Below, one piece after another: positions 1-13,406 of a stretch of 64,000 nucleotides of DNA. The translations under genes and the position numbers were made by a program. Under the pieces are notes generated by a model. That model was not told where the DNA came from. It searched no databases and saw only the letters and a list, made by a program, of their open reading frames with translations. This stretch comes from Octopus vulgaris (lineage: Eukaryota). Position 1 is the first letter of the stretch; the number at the start of each line of letters is the position of its first letter. Location: NCBI GenBank assembly GCA_951406725.2, contig OX597814.1, positions 81,406,001-81,470,000 on the forward strand, written 5' to 3'.

Positions 1-2029
1 ACCTAGCATGTTTACAACTATATATATGTATAGCGGAGTGATACACGTTGTGCGTACATTGTTTTATTCACAGTTCATGTTTACTAGATGCGCTTAACAA
101 AATAGTACTAATAATTGGGATGTATTCATGTATACGTATACCTACGCATACACATAGATATGAACATATAACAGTGAGTTTGTGCATAGGAATACCATGT
201 CATAGCAGCCAGCGACTTCTTTGTTCAATCTGAGTAACTTCCCTTAACTTTACGCATTTTTTTTAACAAACCCATATATAATTTTTGGTGTTAAGTGCAA
301 GATTTCATTGAAGATATTTCAGATATATTTTAATCACTGAAAGAAAGGTCATGATCAGTTGCCGACCATAGTCGACACAGAGCCCATGATTATCCGGCAT
401 GAATTTCTAGCTATGATATCTTGTCAGGAGACAAGTGTTGCATTATCAATTAGCACAGTTGCAGGCCAGTATAGTTGTTGTTGCTGTTGTTGAAATTTTC
501 CTCATCTTTGACCCGATTGTAATTGAGATCGTCAATAAAATTTCTGGATAATTTTTGGTGTTTAACAATCGATATTCTTTTCTCTGTTGGATTCCAAGTC
601 AATTTTTTCACACATTAATGTCTAATTTAATAATTTTCAATTTTTAAAACATGACGTCGAAACTAGGGCAAAGCCAGTAATAACTAATTTCAATAATTTA
701 TTCTCTTTAACTACATGGCGCGTGAATGTATCTTGAAGAAAGCCACTCCAGCAATTCGTGAAGAAACTGTCGTGAATATTTTATTTTGAGTTTTTAGATA
801 TTGACGGGTTGCGTTAATTTCATATTATGTGTCATTTTTCCATGATCCTCTTTCATCTGACTTAGGTGTCTTAAATTTTTGTTGCATTTCTGATCTTTCA
901 GATGTCTAAGGATGTGTATGAGTTTTTTTCAAATGTAATTCTGGAGAATTGAAGAGGTATGTTCATCTTATCCTGTCTTACTCATTTTGCCCGGTTAAAA
1001 GAGAACGGGGATAATTTTCTGAAACTGTGTTCGGATTATGTTATAGTGTTTTTAATGTATTTAGAGACGTTCATTTGTTGAGCTGATATAGTTTTTGTGA
1101 AGTAGTGAACATTTGTGAAAAATATATAGACACAAACGAAATTTAGATGTTGCAGTGAAAGTAACAGTTTTAGTTGTTCTGGAATTGCTTACATGCTGCA
1201 AATTCTTTTAAATATTCAACTTTACCCTGCCCCTAATTACAAAATTTCCACTGTTTTTCATTTTTTTTTAATTCTTTATACGGGCAGTTCATGTTATTAA
1301 AATAAATTATCTTTAACATTCCTTTAAATTGTTACGAGAAAAAAATTTACTGATTGAGAATGACGTTACAGAAATAATTATAACCTGTGAGTTGTCCATT
1401 TCTTGTGTACAAACAATTTATATTATATTTGGTACAAAACTGGGTAAAATTTGAGAAGTACAGTCGCACGCGTTTCACTAAGAAAAAAAAAACCTCGGAT
1501 TTTTTGCGTGGAACCAAGTACCTTGATCTCCTAATGTGCCGCAAACCTCTTATTTTTGTTCGGAAAAAAGGATGGGTGAGAAACCGGACACCCCACCACC
1601 ACCACTACATCCCAGAATCATTGGAAACTTCTTTTTTTTTCGTTGAATGAATTATGCTACAAAACACTTTTTTGTCCGGAAAACGGGAGTTGGGGTGGAA
1701 TCCTCGGAAATTTCACCCTTCCCTTTGTATGTCCCCTCTATGTATCAACCCTTTGTGGTTAATAAAGAACCAATACTAGAAACGTGTTCACACATGGTGA
1801 GCCGTAGGTTGCAATTCCATCACACATGAAAATCAATCCAGTGGTATCCCAGCTATTAAAATTTTAAATTCACTTAAGATATTGCCAACATTTCTTGCTC
1901 TGGTTCCTTGCATATAACGTTGATAGGTATTTTGATTTATTCAATTTTTTTTTATTGTTTCATTATTGTTTATATTTCGTATACTTTACTCTTTGTTGAA
2001 TCTATCTATCTGCAGTCAGTCGTCGCATG

Positions 2030-2690
2030 ACTTAAGCTTTCCCCATACTGGTCAGTTTTTTGCTTAGGTTTGCCATTATTATGAGCAATTCCTTTCCACT
2101 TCATGATGTTTTCTTTTTTAAATATCGTTGTATCTGTCTAAGTCTTCCATGGTTTCTTTTCCTCTTGCATAGTTTGGAGTAAAATATTTATCTGGGGAGT
2201 TTGTTGTTGTCCATCATGTGTACGTGATCTAACCAACGTAAATTTCTATGAATGAGGATTTCCATCATAGAAGGCAGACCAACACGCTGTAGAGTATCTT
2301 CCTTCCTGATCTTGTCAACAGGGATATTCATAATTTGGTACTTCTCAAGTATAGAGGTCCCTAAACTGTACTACTTAAATACAGGTGTTACGTACAAAAC
2401 ATTTTAAATGTACGCTGTGTGGACGTGTAATGACACTCTAACCCTAAAAACTAACCCAAAAACTAACCCTCTCCTTCATATCGTTACGTAGAAGCATCGG
2501 GACCTCTGTATTTAAGTAGTGCCCATAATATTGTAGTTGGCTCATCATAAAAGCATGTAACTTGCCTACATAAGCTTTATAAACTGTCCACTAGTATACC
2601 TTACAGTTGACACGCATAGAAACATGCCTATTTTACCAGCCTCTCTTGCAGCCAGCCAAATGAAGCGTTAGCTCTGGAAAGATCTTGGTT
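2030..2690 (-). mobile_element. RTE-clade LINE, degenerate 3' fragment (split by a MITE)
   Basis: Minus strand gives WTVYKAYVGKLHAFMMSQLQ..IMNIPVDKIRKEDTLQRVGLPSMMEILIHRNLRWLDHVHMMDNNKLPR, typical of the RTE ORF C-terminus. Confidence 0.7.
2337..2523. mobile_element. MITE, Merlin-like (GG termini, 8-bp TSD)
   Basis: Imperfect ~25-bp TIRs ggtacttctcaagtatagaggtccc / gggacctctgtatttaagtagtgcc; flanks cataattt / cataatat; internal ctaaccc repeats. Confidence 0.65.
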
Positions 2691-3369
2691 CATATTTTTG
2701 TTGAATGTATACCTATATTTCACTGAAACACAGTAATGTTTATTCCGGGCATAACACAATGGGTTACCCTCTGGTAGGGATAAACAACGTCATATTTAAA
2801 TGTCTTTTTCAAAAGTTTATTTTGTATTTTATATGTCATTCAGTATTGTTAAACATTTTAATGTGTGTGTATGTGTTGATGTGTGCGTACCTGTGTGTTT
2901 GCTGTGGTGAATGTTCACATGTATGTGAGAGTATTTATTTGTGGCTGTTTGTACGTGTGCGTGTGTACGTGTGTACGCGCACGCACCCCGCCATAGCAAC
3001 CAACGGCGTCTTTGTTGGTATTTGAATTATTTCCCTTAGCTTTACACATTTCTTTACGAACTAATATTTCATTTTTGATGTTAATAAAAAAAAAAAAAAC
3101 TTTATTGGAGATATTTCAGATATGTATGTTTTAAATATTGTGAGGAATGTCATCATCAGTTGCCGACCTCAGTCGATGCAGACGTCAGGATTCGCAGGAC
3201 TGATTACTGGCAAAGATTTCTAGTCAGGAGAGTTTTTCCGATCGTATGAAAGACGGAGAAACAAGTTCGGGTTTCAAAAATGTGACCATTTATTACGTCA
3301 AAATAGAAATATTTCAGAAACAACAAGCTTTTACATCTTTAAAGAAAACATTTGACTATTTATATTTTA

Positions 3370-3780
3370 TTACTCTCTTTTACTCTTTTACTTGTTTCAG
3401 TCATTTCATTGTGGCCATGCTGGAGCACCGCCTTTAGTCGAGCAAATCGACCCCAGGACTTATTCTTTGTAAGCCTAGTACTTCTTCTATCAGTCTCTTT
3501 TGCCGAACTGCTAAGTTACGGGGACGTAAACACACCAGCATCGGTTGTCAAGCGATGTTGGTGGGACAAACACAGACACACAAACATATACACACACATA
3601 TATATATACATATATACGACGGGCTTCTTTCCGTTTCTGTCAACCAAATCCACTCAAAAAGCTTTGGTCGGCCCGAGGTTATAGTAGAAGACACTTGTCC
3701 AAGGTGCCACGCAGTGGGACTGAACCCGGAACCATGTGGTTCGCAAGTAAGCTACTTACCACACAGCCACTCCTGCGCCT
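3370..3780 (-). mobile_element. tRNA-derived SINE, family A (octopus-type), full length
   Basis: Minus-strand head GGCGCAGGAGTGGCTGTGTGGTAAG..GGTTCAGTCCC (A and B boxes), internal TA/CA microsatellite, tail GACTGAAACAAGTAAAAGAGTA. Confidence 0.85.
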
Positions 3781-4039
3781 ATTAATTTTTTTTTTTTAAG
3801 TCTAACTCCTGGAAATTCTACGGTCCGTATTTGTGTTAAAGTGTCACTCAAACATTTCCCCAGTCGATAATCATATTCTGTCACTTCATTCATGATGCGT
3901 TGATTCATTTCTAGATGCTTCCTTAAAAGTAGGACATTCAGTCTAGATGGGCTACTTTGCCAAGTGTGTTACCTGCCGTTTCGGCTGTAGTTTAAGTTTT
4001 CACTGCACTAACCTAGTTGGGTAGCCAAGTTCTAAAGTT

Positions 4040-4650
4040 AAGGGGGGCGAGCACATAAAAAAGAAAGGCGCCGTGACACATACCAAACAATTTTGGTTAA
4101 ACTCTAGCTTCAGACTCGGTCAAAATTTTTTTAATAGTGTAATAGGTGTAAAACAATGTGTAGTAAACGAATGTGAAGGAAAAAATGTGGCTGACTCGGA
4201 AAATTCACATCGGGAATGTTCCGAGTCCTTTCACCACTCCCCCGTTTGTCGGCGCAGATTTTTTTCTTCATATTCGTTTACTACACATTATTTTAAACAT
4301 TTTTGTGACGGGGGAGGGGGAGGACTCGGAAAAGTCACACGATCTGGTAACCTTACTTCGACACACAGACACCAGAAGAAACGTGCAATAGATGTAAAAT
4401 AATGTGTACTAAACGATTATGAAAAAGAAATGGGCGCTGGCGAACAGGGCGGGGGGGGAGGACTCGGAAAATTCATCAAATAAAGTTCCAGAAAGTTCTT
4501 CCAAGGGCGTGTGACCAACAAAAAACAAAGAGAGAGAGAGATTTGATTTTTGTTGCACAGGTGAACATAAGAGTTTTTTAAAAATTGTTGAAAAGGCGTT
4601 AATTTTGAAAAATATGTTCGTGGGGAGCGGTCGTTCTCTTTGTCCCCTTG
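4040..4650. mobile_element. Unclassified non-autonomous DNA transposon remnant with internal inverted and direct repeats
   Basis: Repeated ggactcggaaaa(a/g)t motif and inverted pair aatgtgtagtaaacgaat / attcgtttactacacatt; related sequence at ~1470-1730; interrupts an array copy. Confidence 0.4.
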
Positions 4651-4961
4651 TTAGTTACACCAATGTTTCTTGTTATGTCAATGTTTCGCATACATTCTTG
4701 GTATTCATGTCTATTCTATTTGTTAATGTTTTCTTTTTTAGCCATTTGTTTAGCTATTTCACTAATACTTGATCGTTACCCATTGTATATGAATTGCTTA
4801 TTATTTATCATATTGCTAAATTTAATGCTTATGGGAAACAGTTATCATATTTCAAAACTGCAAGAATTGAAATTAGCCATAAACATTTCATTTCTGGTTT
4901 AATTTCAAATATGGGGCGTGAACCTTCCATGTATACTGGTAGTTTTTATTTGTTTTTATTT

Positions 4962-5020
<59 letters not shown>

Positions 5021-5576
5021 GTAAATAGTCAAATATGTTTTATTTTTTTAAAATGTATATATATAAAATCTCAAGCAACACTTGAGACTAGTATGGTAGA
5101 TGGTCTTCGAAGTGAGTCTACAATCACTAAATTATATTCCGGCACAATAATTAAATTTTGCGACATCCAAGACAGGAGATTTTCCTGGCGTAAACATACG
5201 TAAAAGTACATTCGCACATAAGCACAAACATGCATACATACACCCTCACAACATACGCTTCTTCGAGCATACGCTGACGGGGACACGGACACACATGCAC
5301 ACACATACACACACACACACACATACACATATACACGCGAATACATATATACCCTCACATACACACATGAATGATTATTGTAAAAATGATTAGTAACATA
5401 TAAACAAAAAGTAATTCTTGCAAAAATAGAACTGACTAAAAAAAAAAGGAGTCACATAACGTTTTTTTGTTTTGTTTTGTTTTTCCCCGTAATCGTAATT
5501 TTGTATTTAAAATATCTGCAACGGTATTTCCAGAATACAGAGTTTCTTCAACTATCAATATATTAAGAGACTCTAA

Positions 5577-5790
5577 GGTAGCGAGCTGACAGAATCATTA
5601 GAACGCTGGATAAAATGCTTAGAAACATTTCGTCCGATTTCACGTTCTGAGTTCAAATCTTCCGAGGTTCACTTTGTCTTTCATCCTTTCAGGGGTCGAT
5701 AGAATAAGTAATAGCTGAGCATTATGGTCGTCGTAATCAACTTACCCACAACTCCGAAGTTGCTGGTCTTGTGCCAAAATTTGAAATTAA
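5577..5790 (+). mobile_element. tRNA-derived SINE, family B (Nin/Deu-like central domain)
   Basis: gcgagctgacagaatc..gttctgagttcaaat..ctttcatcctttcaggggtcgata; degenerate TSD-like flanks aatatattaagagactct / aatatattgagaaactct. Confidence 0.8.
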
Positions 5791-5869
5791 TATATTGAGA
5801 AACTCTCCCTAACTTTCTTCATGAAATATGTGTAACTGACAGTGTTATACGAAATATAGTGCCAGTTCC

Positions 5870-6400
5870 TTCATAAATGGTGTATTACTGAATCACATGC
5901 TTCGGTGGGGAATGATAATATTGTAAGACAGAAAGAACTGAGAGAGAGAGAGAGAATACAGAAAAATATTGCGTATAGGGCAAAGAAATTAGAAGTAGGA
6001 AAAGAGTGGAAGGAAAGCAGGAAATGTATGCAAGAAATGCAGCTTTTAAGGTGTCGTATGACAAATGAGGAGTCAAAGTTAATAGGGAAAATATGACGGA
6101 TGATGGATGATACCACAAAGCATTTAGCACAATCAGGAATTAGAGAAATAGCTAAAGAGAAGAAATTACTAAATAGAATAGACACGAATACTGAGAATAG
6201 AGAGAAAATATGAACGAGGAGGATACACAAAGCTATTTAAAACTGCCGTGTAATCGTGCAAAAATAAAAAGAAAAGTAGTAAATAATCTCGTGGTAGTAT
6301 TTAGTATCGGAGCTATAAATATATGTTCTTATCGTGGTGGTCTGCGATATCACAGTGAAGCCTTAAACTGCTGGCCAAAATGGCATAGCTAATCTAGTAG
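5870..6400 (+). pseudogene. Broken ORF: coiled-coil region plus Helitron RepHel N-terminal Cys motif
   Basis: ORFs 5905-6096 (R/E/K-rich) and 6210-6392 (FSIGAINICSYRGGLRYHSEALNCW) match the Helitron motif IGxMxxxCxxCxA...CCxxGKVxLP; stops and frameshifts present. Confidence 0.65.
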
Positions 6401-6764
6401 TTTTGGTAAAAAGTTTTTTCAATAAAATATATTTGACATAACATAAAACAATATAGCAAAACAAAAACAAATAAAAACTACTAATATTCATGGAAATTCC
6501 ACGCCCCGTATTTATGGCAAAGTGTTAACCATAAACGTTTCATTTCCGGCCTTTTAATTCAATTTTTGCAATCTTGAAATATGATAGTTGTTCCCCGTAT
6601 AATATCAAACTTGGTGATATAATTTAGAAAATAAGTAAAACTCTTTATCCAGGATATACTGTTACACATCTTTACAAAGAATATTAGGAATATATAGATT
6701 GTCGGAAAACCCAGTACTTTGAAAATACTGTTGCATATGTTCTAAATACAAATTTACGAATACA

Positions 6765-6829
<65 letters not shown>

Positions 6830-6831
<2 letters not shown>

Positions 6832-7010
6832 AAGTTTACGAAAGACGGAGGCAGGTGGTGTACAAACAAACAGATGTTTAGCGCTCAGGAATAGAAAAAG
6901 TCTTTTATGTTTCGAGCCTACGCTCTTCTACAGAAAGATATACAGAAAAAAAAAACAAGGAGAGAAACAAGGAGAGAAAAAAATGTGTGTAGTAGTTAAC
7001 GATCTATCAT
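6830..7010 (-). mobile_element. Penelope-like element terminal-repeat fragment with a minimal hammerhead-like motif
   Basis: Homologous to 23160-23350; minus strand TCTTT-CTGTAGA-AGAGC-GTAG-GCTC-GAAAC-ATA-AAAGA. Confidence 0.5.
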
Positions 7011-7229
7011 GGCAGTATTCTAGTATGGCCACAGCCTTTGGGTTGAAACATGTAAATGAATAAGAGGTTTTTTATATATTCATTCTCCATTGCAAGAATT
7101 ATTCTTTATACGTTATAGTAACGTATGAAACATTTGCAAAAGATTTTTAAGTATGTGTATGCATTTATGGAAGTCTGTTATGAGTGTTCATGTATGTCTA
7201 AGTGCATTTGTGTGCATGTTGTGTGTGTG

Positions 7230-7277
<48 letters not shown>

Positions 7278-8399
7278 ATGTGCAGGCGCGGTGTCTGGAA
7301 TTTTTCTCGTAGCAGAAGCATGTTCACATTGTGCTTGCTTAAGCTTAAATTGACGAATGTCGGCTTATACGCCTGTCTTCTGCAAGTGGTCACATGACCT
7401 GGTCACACATCGATCTAGCCCTTCTGGCTCTCATCCCATCACGTGACAGACCAACCGAGCTCGGGAAATTTATGTCTGTCTGCTGGGAGCCTTTCCCATT
7501 ATTTCCTCAGTGAGTTGGGTTTGCACGATTGAATTTGGATCTTCGACAGAGAGCAAGTTTATTTCGCAGACAGCCTCCGGTAGCCTTTGATGCGTTTGTT
7601 CCTGTCCTCCAGCAGAAGTTATGTCTCGTATTTGTTTTACTGTTTCACACCACATACATTATACATTAGAAACCATTGTACATATGCTGACAGTATACTT
7701 TAAGATGAATCTCAACAGCTTTGCCGTGATAATGCTCTTTAATGGATTGAATAAATCATCGTATTTTATCCTCTTGGTTTTCTATTTATTCCTTTATCTA
7801 CACGCACACGTATGTTGGAACTCAAACCAGTTTTATCTATCAACTCAACTCACTCTGCTAAAAGCTATACTGAGAAGAGCTGCTATTTGACTAATATTTG
7901 ACAGAAAACTATTTAGCCTGTGTATATAGAGTTTGTGTAAGCAACGAGAAATGAATCAAAGTATCATGAATAAAATGACAGGATATTATCCACACCTGAA
8001 TTTCTGGCAATGATATCTAGTCAAGTGAGTTTTTTTCTTTTCCCATATTGATCACTGAAATATATGAAGGGTTGCCTGCGATTTAATGTACATAACAGTC
8101 TACGTAATTTTGCTGTTGGTGTTTGAAAGATAAATAAAGAAGCTTGTGTTAGGAAAATATGAGCATTTACTACGTCATAATTGAAAGATTTCAAAAGCAA
8201 TAAGCTTCAACATCTTTTGTTTTTAGGTAATCACATTTTACTATTTACATAATATATATGTATATATATATATATAAAAGTGGGGGAGAAACATTTCCCA
8301 GTCGATAATAATAATATTCTGTCATTTCATCCATAATGCTTCGATTCATTTCTTGCTGCCTATTTTCCCAAAGGACCACTATAATTTTCCAGAAAAATG

Positions 8400-8695
8400 T
8401 GTGGCTCACCGGTGGTTGGAAAAAAAAAATTATTTTTAACATTTCATAATTAAAGAAATACCCACACTAGAGCATTAGAATAGCGCTATACTGTATCAAA
8501 CAGTCTTCCCACAGTATGCTAGGCAGGAGGGATTGGTTTGGCTAGAGTTAGTATAGGTGTAGTATGTTTGCTGTAAAAAAAGATTTTCACAATTCCAGGT
8601 CCCACTTGAAAAAGGCAAAAATTGTATCCCACACCCCACCACAATTTTCTCAGGTCCCACCGGTGGGGCGTATGTCCCCCGTTGGGAATCACTAC
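8400..8695. mobile_element. hAT-type MITE remnant
   Basis: Right end gttgggaatcacta followed by ctctaaag resembles a Charlie-type TIR (CAGTGATTCCCAAC) and target; the left end is not recognisable. Confidence 0.4.
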
Positions 8696-8749
8696 TCTAA
8701 AGTGACTGCATTGAATTTTGACAGACCCACCACAAAACTAGTATACTAA

Positions 8750-9030
8750 ATCTACTAGATAAACTTTGCCTTTTTAGCAGTAGTTTAAGATACTGTAGAG
8801 CGCCGTGATACTGTAGAGCGCCGCTATATGTTATATTCATTGCTCCAATATTAAATGGAACCTCATGAATATTTGCTACCCTTCTCCGTGCTCTGGCACG
8901 GTTACACGCTTTTGTTCTCGGCATTCTTGTTTGTTCTCTTCGGTAATGTTTTCTTTTCCAGCCTGTCCTCTCAATTTTGCTTGTCCTAAACATTCCTATC
9001 ATCATCATTCATATTTTGCCTTGTTTCTTG
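8750..9030 (-). pseudogene. Helitron-derived Cys-motif ORF remnant
   Basis: ORF 8697-9008 reads HEVPFNIGAMNITYSGALQYHG; homologous to the other array copies. Confidence 0.6.
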
Positions 9031-10244
9031 GTTAAGGTTATGCCCTTATACATATTTTAGACATCTATTAGTACATAGATCGAAAATGGTTAGAAACAAG
9101 GTCATTAATAGATATATAATTAGAAAATCTCCGCATGCACAATAAAACGCTTTAATCTGTATGCGTATTCATGTGTACAGACGTGTTTTTACTTTTGAAA
9201 TATATGAGAGTGTGTGTGTTTGTGCGCGTGTTGCGAGCAGCGTTTCACAGCGACTAAGTAATTTTCTTTCTATTTGAGTTACTTCCCTTAGCTTTACACT
9301 TTTATTTTTATTTTTATTTTTATTTATTTTTTTTTTTTTGCAGAGAATTTTTAGACGCAAATTACATGAGGTCTTAACGGAATATTTCTCCATCTAAAAA
9401 GATTGGACTCTATTCAAAAGTAAGAATTTCTTCGTCTTGCAACGAAAATTGTCATCATCAGTTGCTGAGCTCACCTCATTTTCACCATTACACTAAGGTC
9501 TCAATTTAGTCAAGAGTGATTTTCCAGGCAGCTAAGTACACCAAAAGATATATAAAGTTACTAGATTATCTTCAGCTGTAAATCATTACTTTGCAAATTG
9601 TCCTCAACGAAAATCTCCAAAACATTCTTGAAATTCTTCGAAATGTTAAGAGATGAGCTGGAAGCAGGGTGAGCTACATGAGATTAAGTCCTTACTGTAG
9701 TGCTTTACTGTATCACGGTGATTCCCCTTTTTTATATTCAACCTGTTTTTGCAAGATATGTTAATAAACATTGCTAAACATTTTAAAGTATGTGTATGTA
9801 TTGATGTATGTCTGTGTAGTTGTGTTTGCTGTGGTGAGCGATCACCTATGTATGTGAGTGTATTTATGTGTTTGTGTGCTCGAGTTTGCGTGAGTGTTTG
9901 TATGAGTGTGCGTGTCTATGTTTCTGCGTATGTAATAACATACGTTCTTTTACATATGTGTACGGCGGGAATATGCCCTGATCAAGTAATCACACAATTT
10001 GGGAATTTTTGATTTCCAGGTGTTTGGAGATTATAGAATGTCTTTATGTAATTTGATGATTGTAGACTCACTTCCAACTTTTCAAAATATGAAAGACGTT
10101 TGGGCTACGAAAATCTGACCGTTTATTACGTCATAATAGAAACAGTTCAAAAGTGGCATCGTGAAAATCCTACCACCCACAGCCGATAATAATATCCTAT
10201 CGTTTCATTACTGATGCTTTCATTCTGGTAACTGAACTTATTCT

Positions 10245-10750
10245 AGCAGCAGCATAAGGCTTCACCGTGATAACATAGACCACTACGATAATATGTTACA
10301 TGTATTGCTCCAATACTATATGGTACCTCGTGACTATTTCCTGCTATAATTCCTTCTCATGCATGCTTACACATTTCTAAATATCCTTGTTTATCCTCTT
10401 TGTTCATATTTTCCCTGCAAGCCTGAAATCTGTTCTGCACCTGTTCTAGGTATTCTTGTCTATTCTGTTCGGTAATGTTTTGTTCATTTTTTTCTTGCCG
10501 CTGTACAAAATGCTCTTTCGTATCATCTTTCATATTTTCCTTATTTACTTTGATTTCTCATACGACACCTTGAAGCTGCATTTCTTGCATTAATTTCGTG
10601 CCTTCCCTCCTCTCTATTCCTAATTCATATTTGTCTTCTCCGCAATATTTCCTTGTATTTTTTCTGACTCTCTCAATTCATTTCTTGCAGTTCTGCTAGA
10701 TAGTCGTTGCCAAGTGGCACACGAAATTACAGTAATAAATTATTTATGAA
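10245..10750 (-). pseudogene. Helitron-derived coiled-coil/Cys-motif ORF remnant
   Basis: Reverse-complement homolog of 5870-6400 (tacgacaccttgaagctgcatttcttgcat; aaggcttcaccgtgat; attgctccaatact). Confidence 0.6.
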
Positions 10751-11943
10751 GCAATTGATATGATATTTGGTAAAACACTGTGACCGTTATACACATATAA
10801 TTTACGAATAAAGTTAAGATGAGTCTCCTAATATATAGATAGTTGAAGAAATTCTGTATTCTGGAAAAACCATTTCAGACATTTTAAATACAAAGTTACG
10901 CATACGAGGAAAAATACGTCATTTTTTTCCAATGACATTTTCTTATATGTTACTAATCATTTCCAAATAGTTTTGCAATGAAAGTTCATGAGTGTGTGTG
11001 AGTGTGTTTATGTACTAATGTGTGTGTCTGTTAGTGTGTGTTTGAGTATGCGTTTCTTTCTGGGTTATGTACGTGCATGTCTATGTGATTGTGCAATGTA
11101 TGTGTGTATGTTTTTTGTTTGCTTTTTGATTTATTTAGATATCACACACTTTCGTTTATTTTGATTCTGAGACAGCTCGGACTGGTGAAACGTCGGAATA
11201 TAATTTAGTGATTATAGACTCACTTCGAAGACCATCTACCATACTGGTCTCAAGTGCTCTCTGAGATTTAATGTATGGAAATAGTCCATGTAATTCAAAT
11301 GATGGAGTTTGATCGAACATTGAAAGTATGAAAGATAAACAAGTTTGGATTCCAAAAGTGTGACCTTTATTACGTCATAATAACATTTCAAAAACGAAAA
11401 GCTTCAACATATTTTTAAAATAAAATATATTTGACTGTTTACATAATATATGTATGTATATCAATATATTAAAACAAAAACAAAAAAACTATCACTACAC
11501 ATGGAAATTACATGCCCCATATTTGTGGCAAACTGAACCATTAACATTTCACCTCTGCCTTCAATTCACTTTTTTGCAGTTTTAGAATATGATAGTTGTA
11601 CCCCGAGAATTCTGTTTCACTAATATAATAATTTAAGAAGCAGTCGATACTTTATAATGATTTAAACTCCGAATCTGGGAATATATCGTCACACATTTTT
11701 ATAGAGACAGTTTGGAAGAGTTTCTTAATATAAAGATGGTTGGGGAACTCTATTCTGAAAGGTTACGAATAAGGAAACATACATGTCATGTGTAGGATTT
11801 TATATTTTTGTTAATATTCATCTCTCTTTTGCAAAAATTGATTATTGTTTATATGTCACTAAGCATTTCAAAACATTTTCATGTGTTTATATATCCATGT
11901 AAGTCTGTGTAGTTGTGTTTATTTTGATGAGCCTTCAGTTATG

Positions 11944-12712
11944 TAGAGGGTGTTGACTAAGTTTGACAGTTCGACATAAAAGAGAAAACACAAAATTCCT
12001 TCCAAAAATAAAGTATTTTAAAAATTAATAAAAAATATCAGTTATGACTAGGAGACAACAGTCTACTCAAATAAGCTGCTCTTAGTTTCCATCATGCCCT
12101 CAAGATGGCTCCAGAACTGATGCATGTGTTCTATACTGTGTCGCTCGGAAGATTTTCGAACACCTTGATTTTCGCCACCATTCTGTTGCTGGCAGAGTGG
12201 TTGCTGTCTTTCTTAACCGCGCCCCACACATAGTGATCCATTGGGATTACAATCGAGGGGATTAGACGAGAAATTGAGGCTGGTAAGGTCGTAGAAATTC
12301 TCCAACAACTACTACTGGCTTTTTCCGGACATATGCTGCCATACATAAGGCCTTTCAGCAGCAACCCTCCCCAGCCAAGAATTGGTCACAGTCTCTAGCA
12401 GCTTCACACAGCCATCTGCTCAAAGGTGTGCGGATGAATTCCAGCGTGCAGACATCAGCTTCACATGTCACGTTTTTTACAGTGTTCACAGAGAATTGGG
12501 CAGCAGTCATGATGTTGGCATTTCGATATTCGGCGCGAATTATCGAATCCTCATGATACAAGTAACTCTTTTCCAATATTCAGATGTCTTCCAGTCCTCC
12601 ATGTCAACTAGCTTTTTCTTGGCTACAACTTTACTCTTTATGCTCTCCAGTGCCGTTGACTGTTCACCAATACATCAAACCGTTCCTGAAAATTTAGCCC
12701 GGACACCTTGTA
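11944..12712 (-). mobile_element. Tc1/mariner (IS630 superfamily) transposon, internally deleted and decayed
   Basis: TA-flanked TIR-like ends tagagggtgttgactaa / ttagcccggacaccttgta; ORF 12131-12364 has PMDHYVWGAVKK (cf. SPDLNPLDYxVWG). Confidence 0.75.
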
Positions 12713-12899
12713 TGTATCTAATTATTGACGCATAAGTGATTGTGTGTGTTTGTTTGTGCGTATGTGTTTGTATATGTTCTTTTACGTATGTACACGCAAG
12801 AAAAATATCCTGGCCCGATTATCACCCTATTTCGATTGTCATTTCAAGGATTTTCGAGGTTATAAAATAACTGAAATTAATTTTTAATCAATCAGAGAA

Positions 12900-13255
12900 C
12901 CATAATAAGGAAATGATGTATTTATTCATTGCTTTAATACTAAATGGCACCATGTGATTATTTGCTCTTATTCTTCTTACTCCAGCACAATTACGCGCCT
13001 GTTTAAAATATCTTCGTCTCTCCTCTTCAGTCATATTTTCCTCCAAACTTGTTCCACATCTCTTCTAAGTATTCGTATCTGTTCTATTCAGTAATGTTTT
13101 CTTTCCCTATAGCTTCAGCTTCCTCATTCGTCCTACGACACCTTCTTGCTGCATTTCTTGCATAAATTTCACTTATCGTTGTTCCTGACTCTTCTTTCAA
13201 TTTCTCTTGTTTTCGTCGTATGATCTCTACCTCTCTCGATTCAGTCCTTGCAATC
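12900..13255 (-). pseudogene. Helitron-derived ORF remnant
   Basis: Contains ttcattgctttaatactaaatggcacc and tacgacacc..gctgcatttcttgcat, shared with the other copies. Confidence 0.5.
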
Positions 13256-13261
13256 ATACAG

Positions 13262-13406
13262 AAATGGTAAAAAAAAAAAAAAGACCGATAGAATAAGTAC
13301 TAGGCTTACGAAGAATAAGTCCTAGGGTCGATTTCTTCGATTAAAAAGCCCCTTTAGGCGATGTTCCAGCATGGCTGCTGTGTGACTTACGCGAATAAAA
13401 GAATAA
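13262..13406 (+). mobile_element. SINE family A, 3' part
   Basis: agaccgatagaataagtactaggcttac..ccagcatggc..gaataaaagaataa. Confidence 0.7.

Noticed and set aside
440-1200. Possible decayed Penelope or other retroelement coding remnant
   Set aside because: Strand-biased composition only; no diagnostic motif could be read.
3145-3230. CGAC..GTCG hairpin plus CTAG|T as a Helitron 3' end
   Set aside because: Opposite orientation to the ORF remnant, the hairpin is ~45 bp from CTAG, and homology continues past it.
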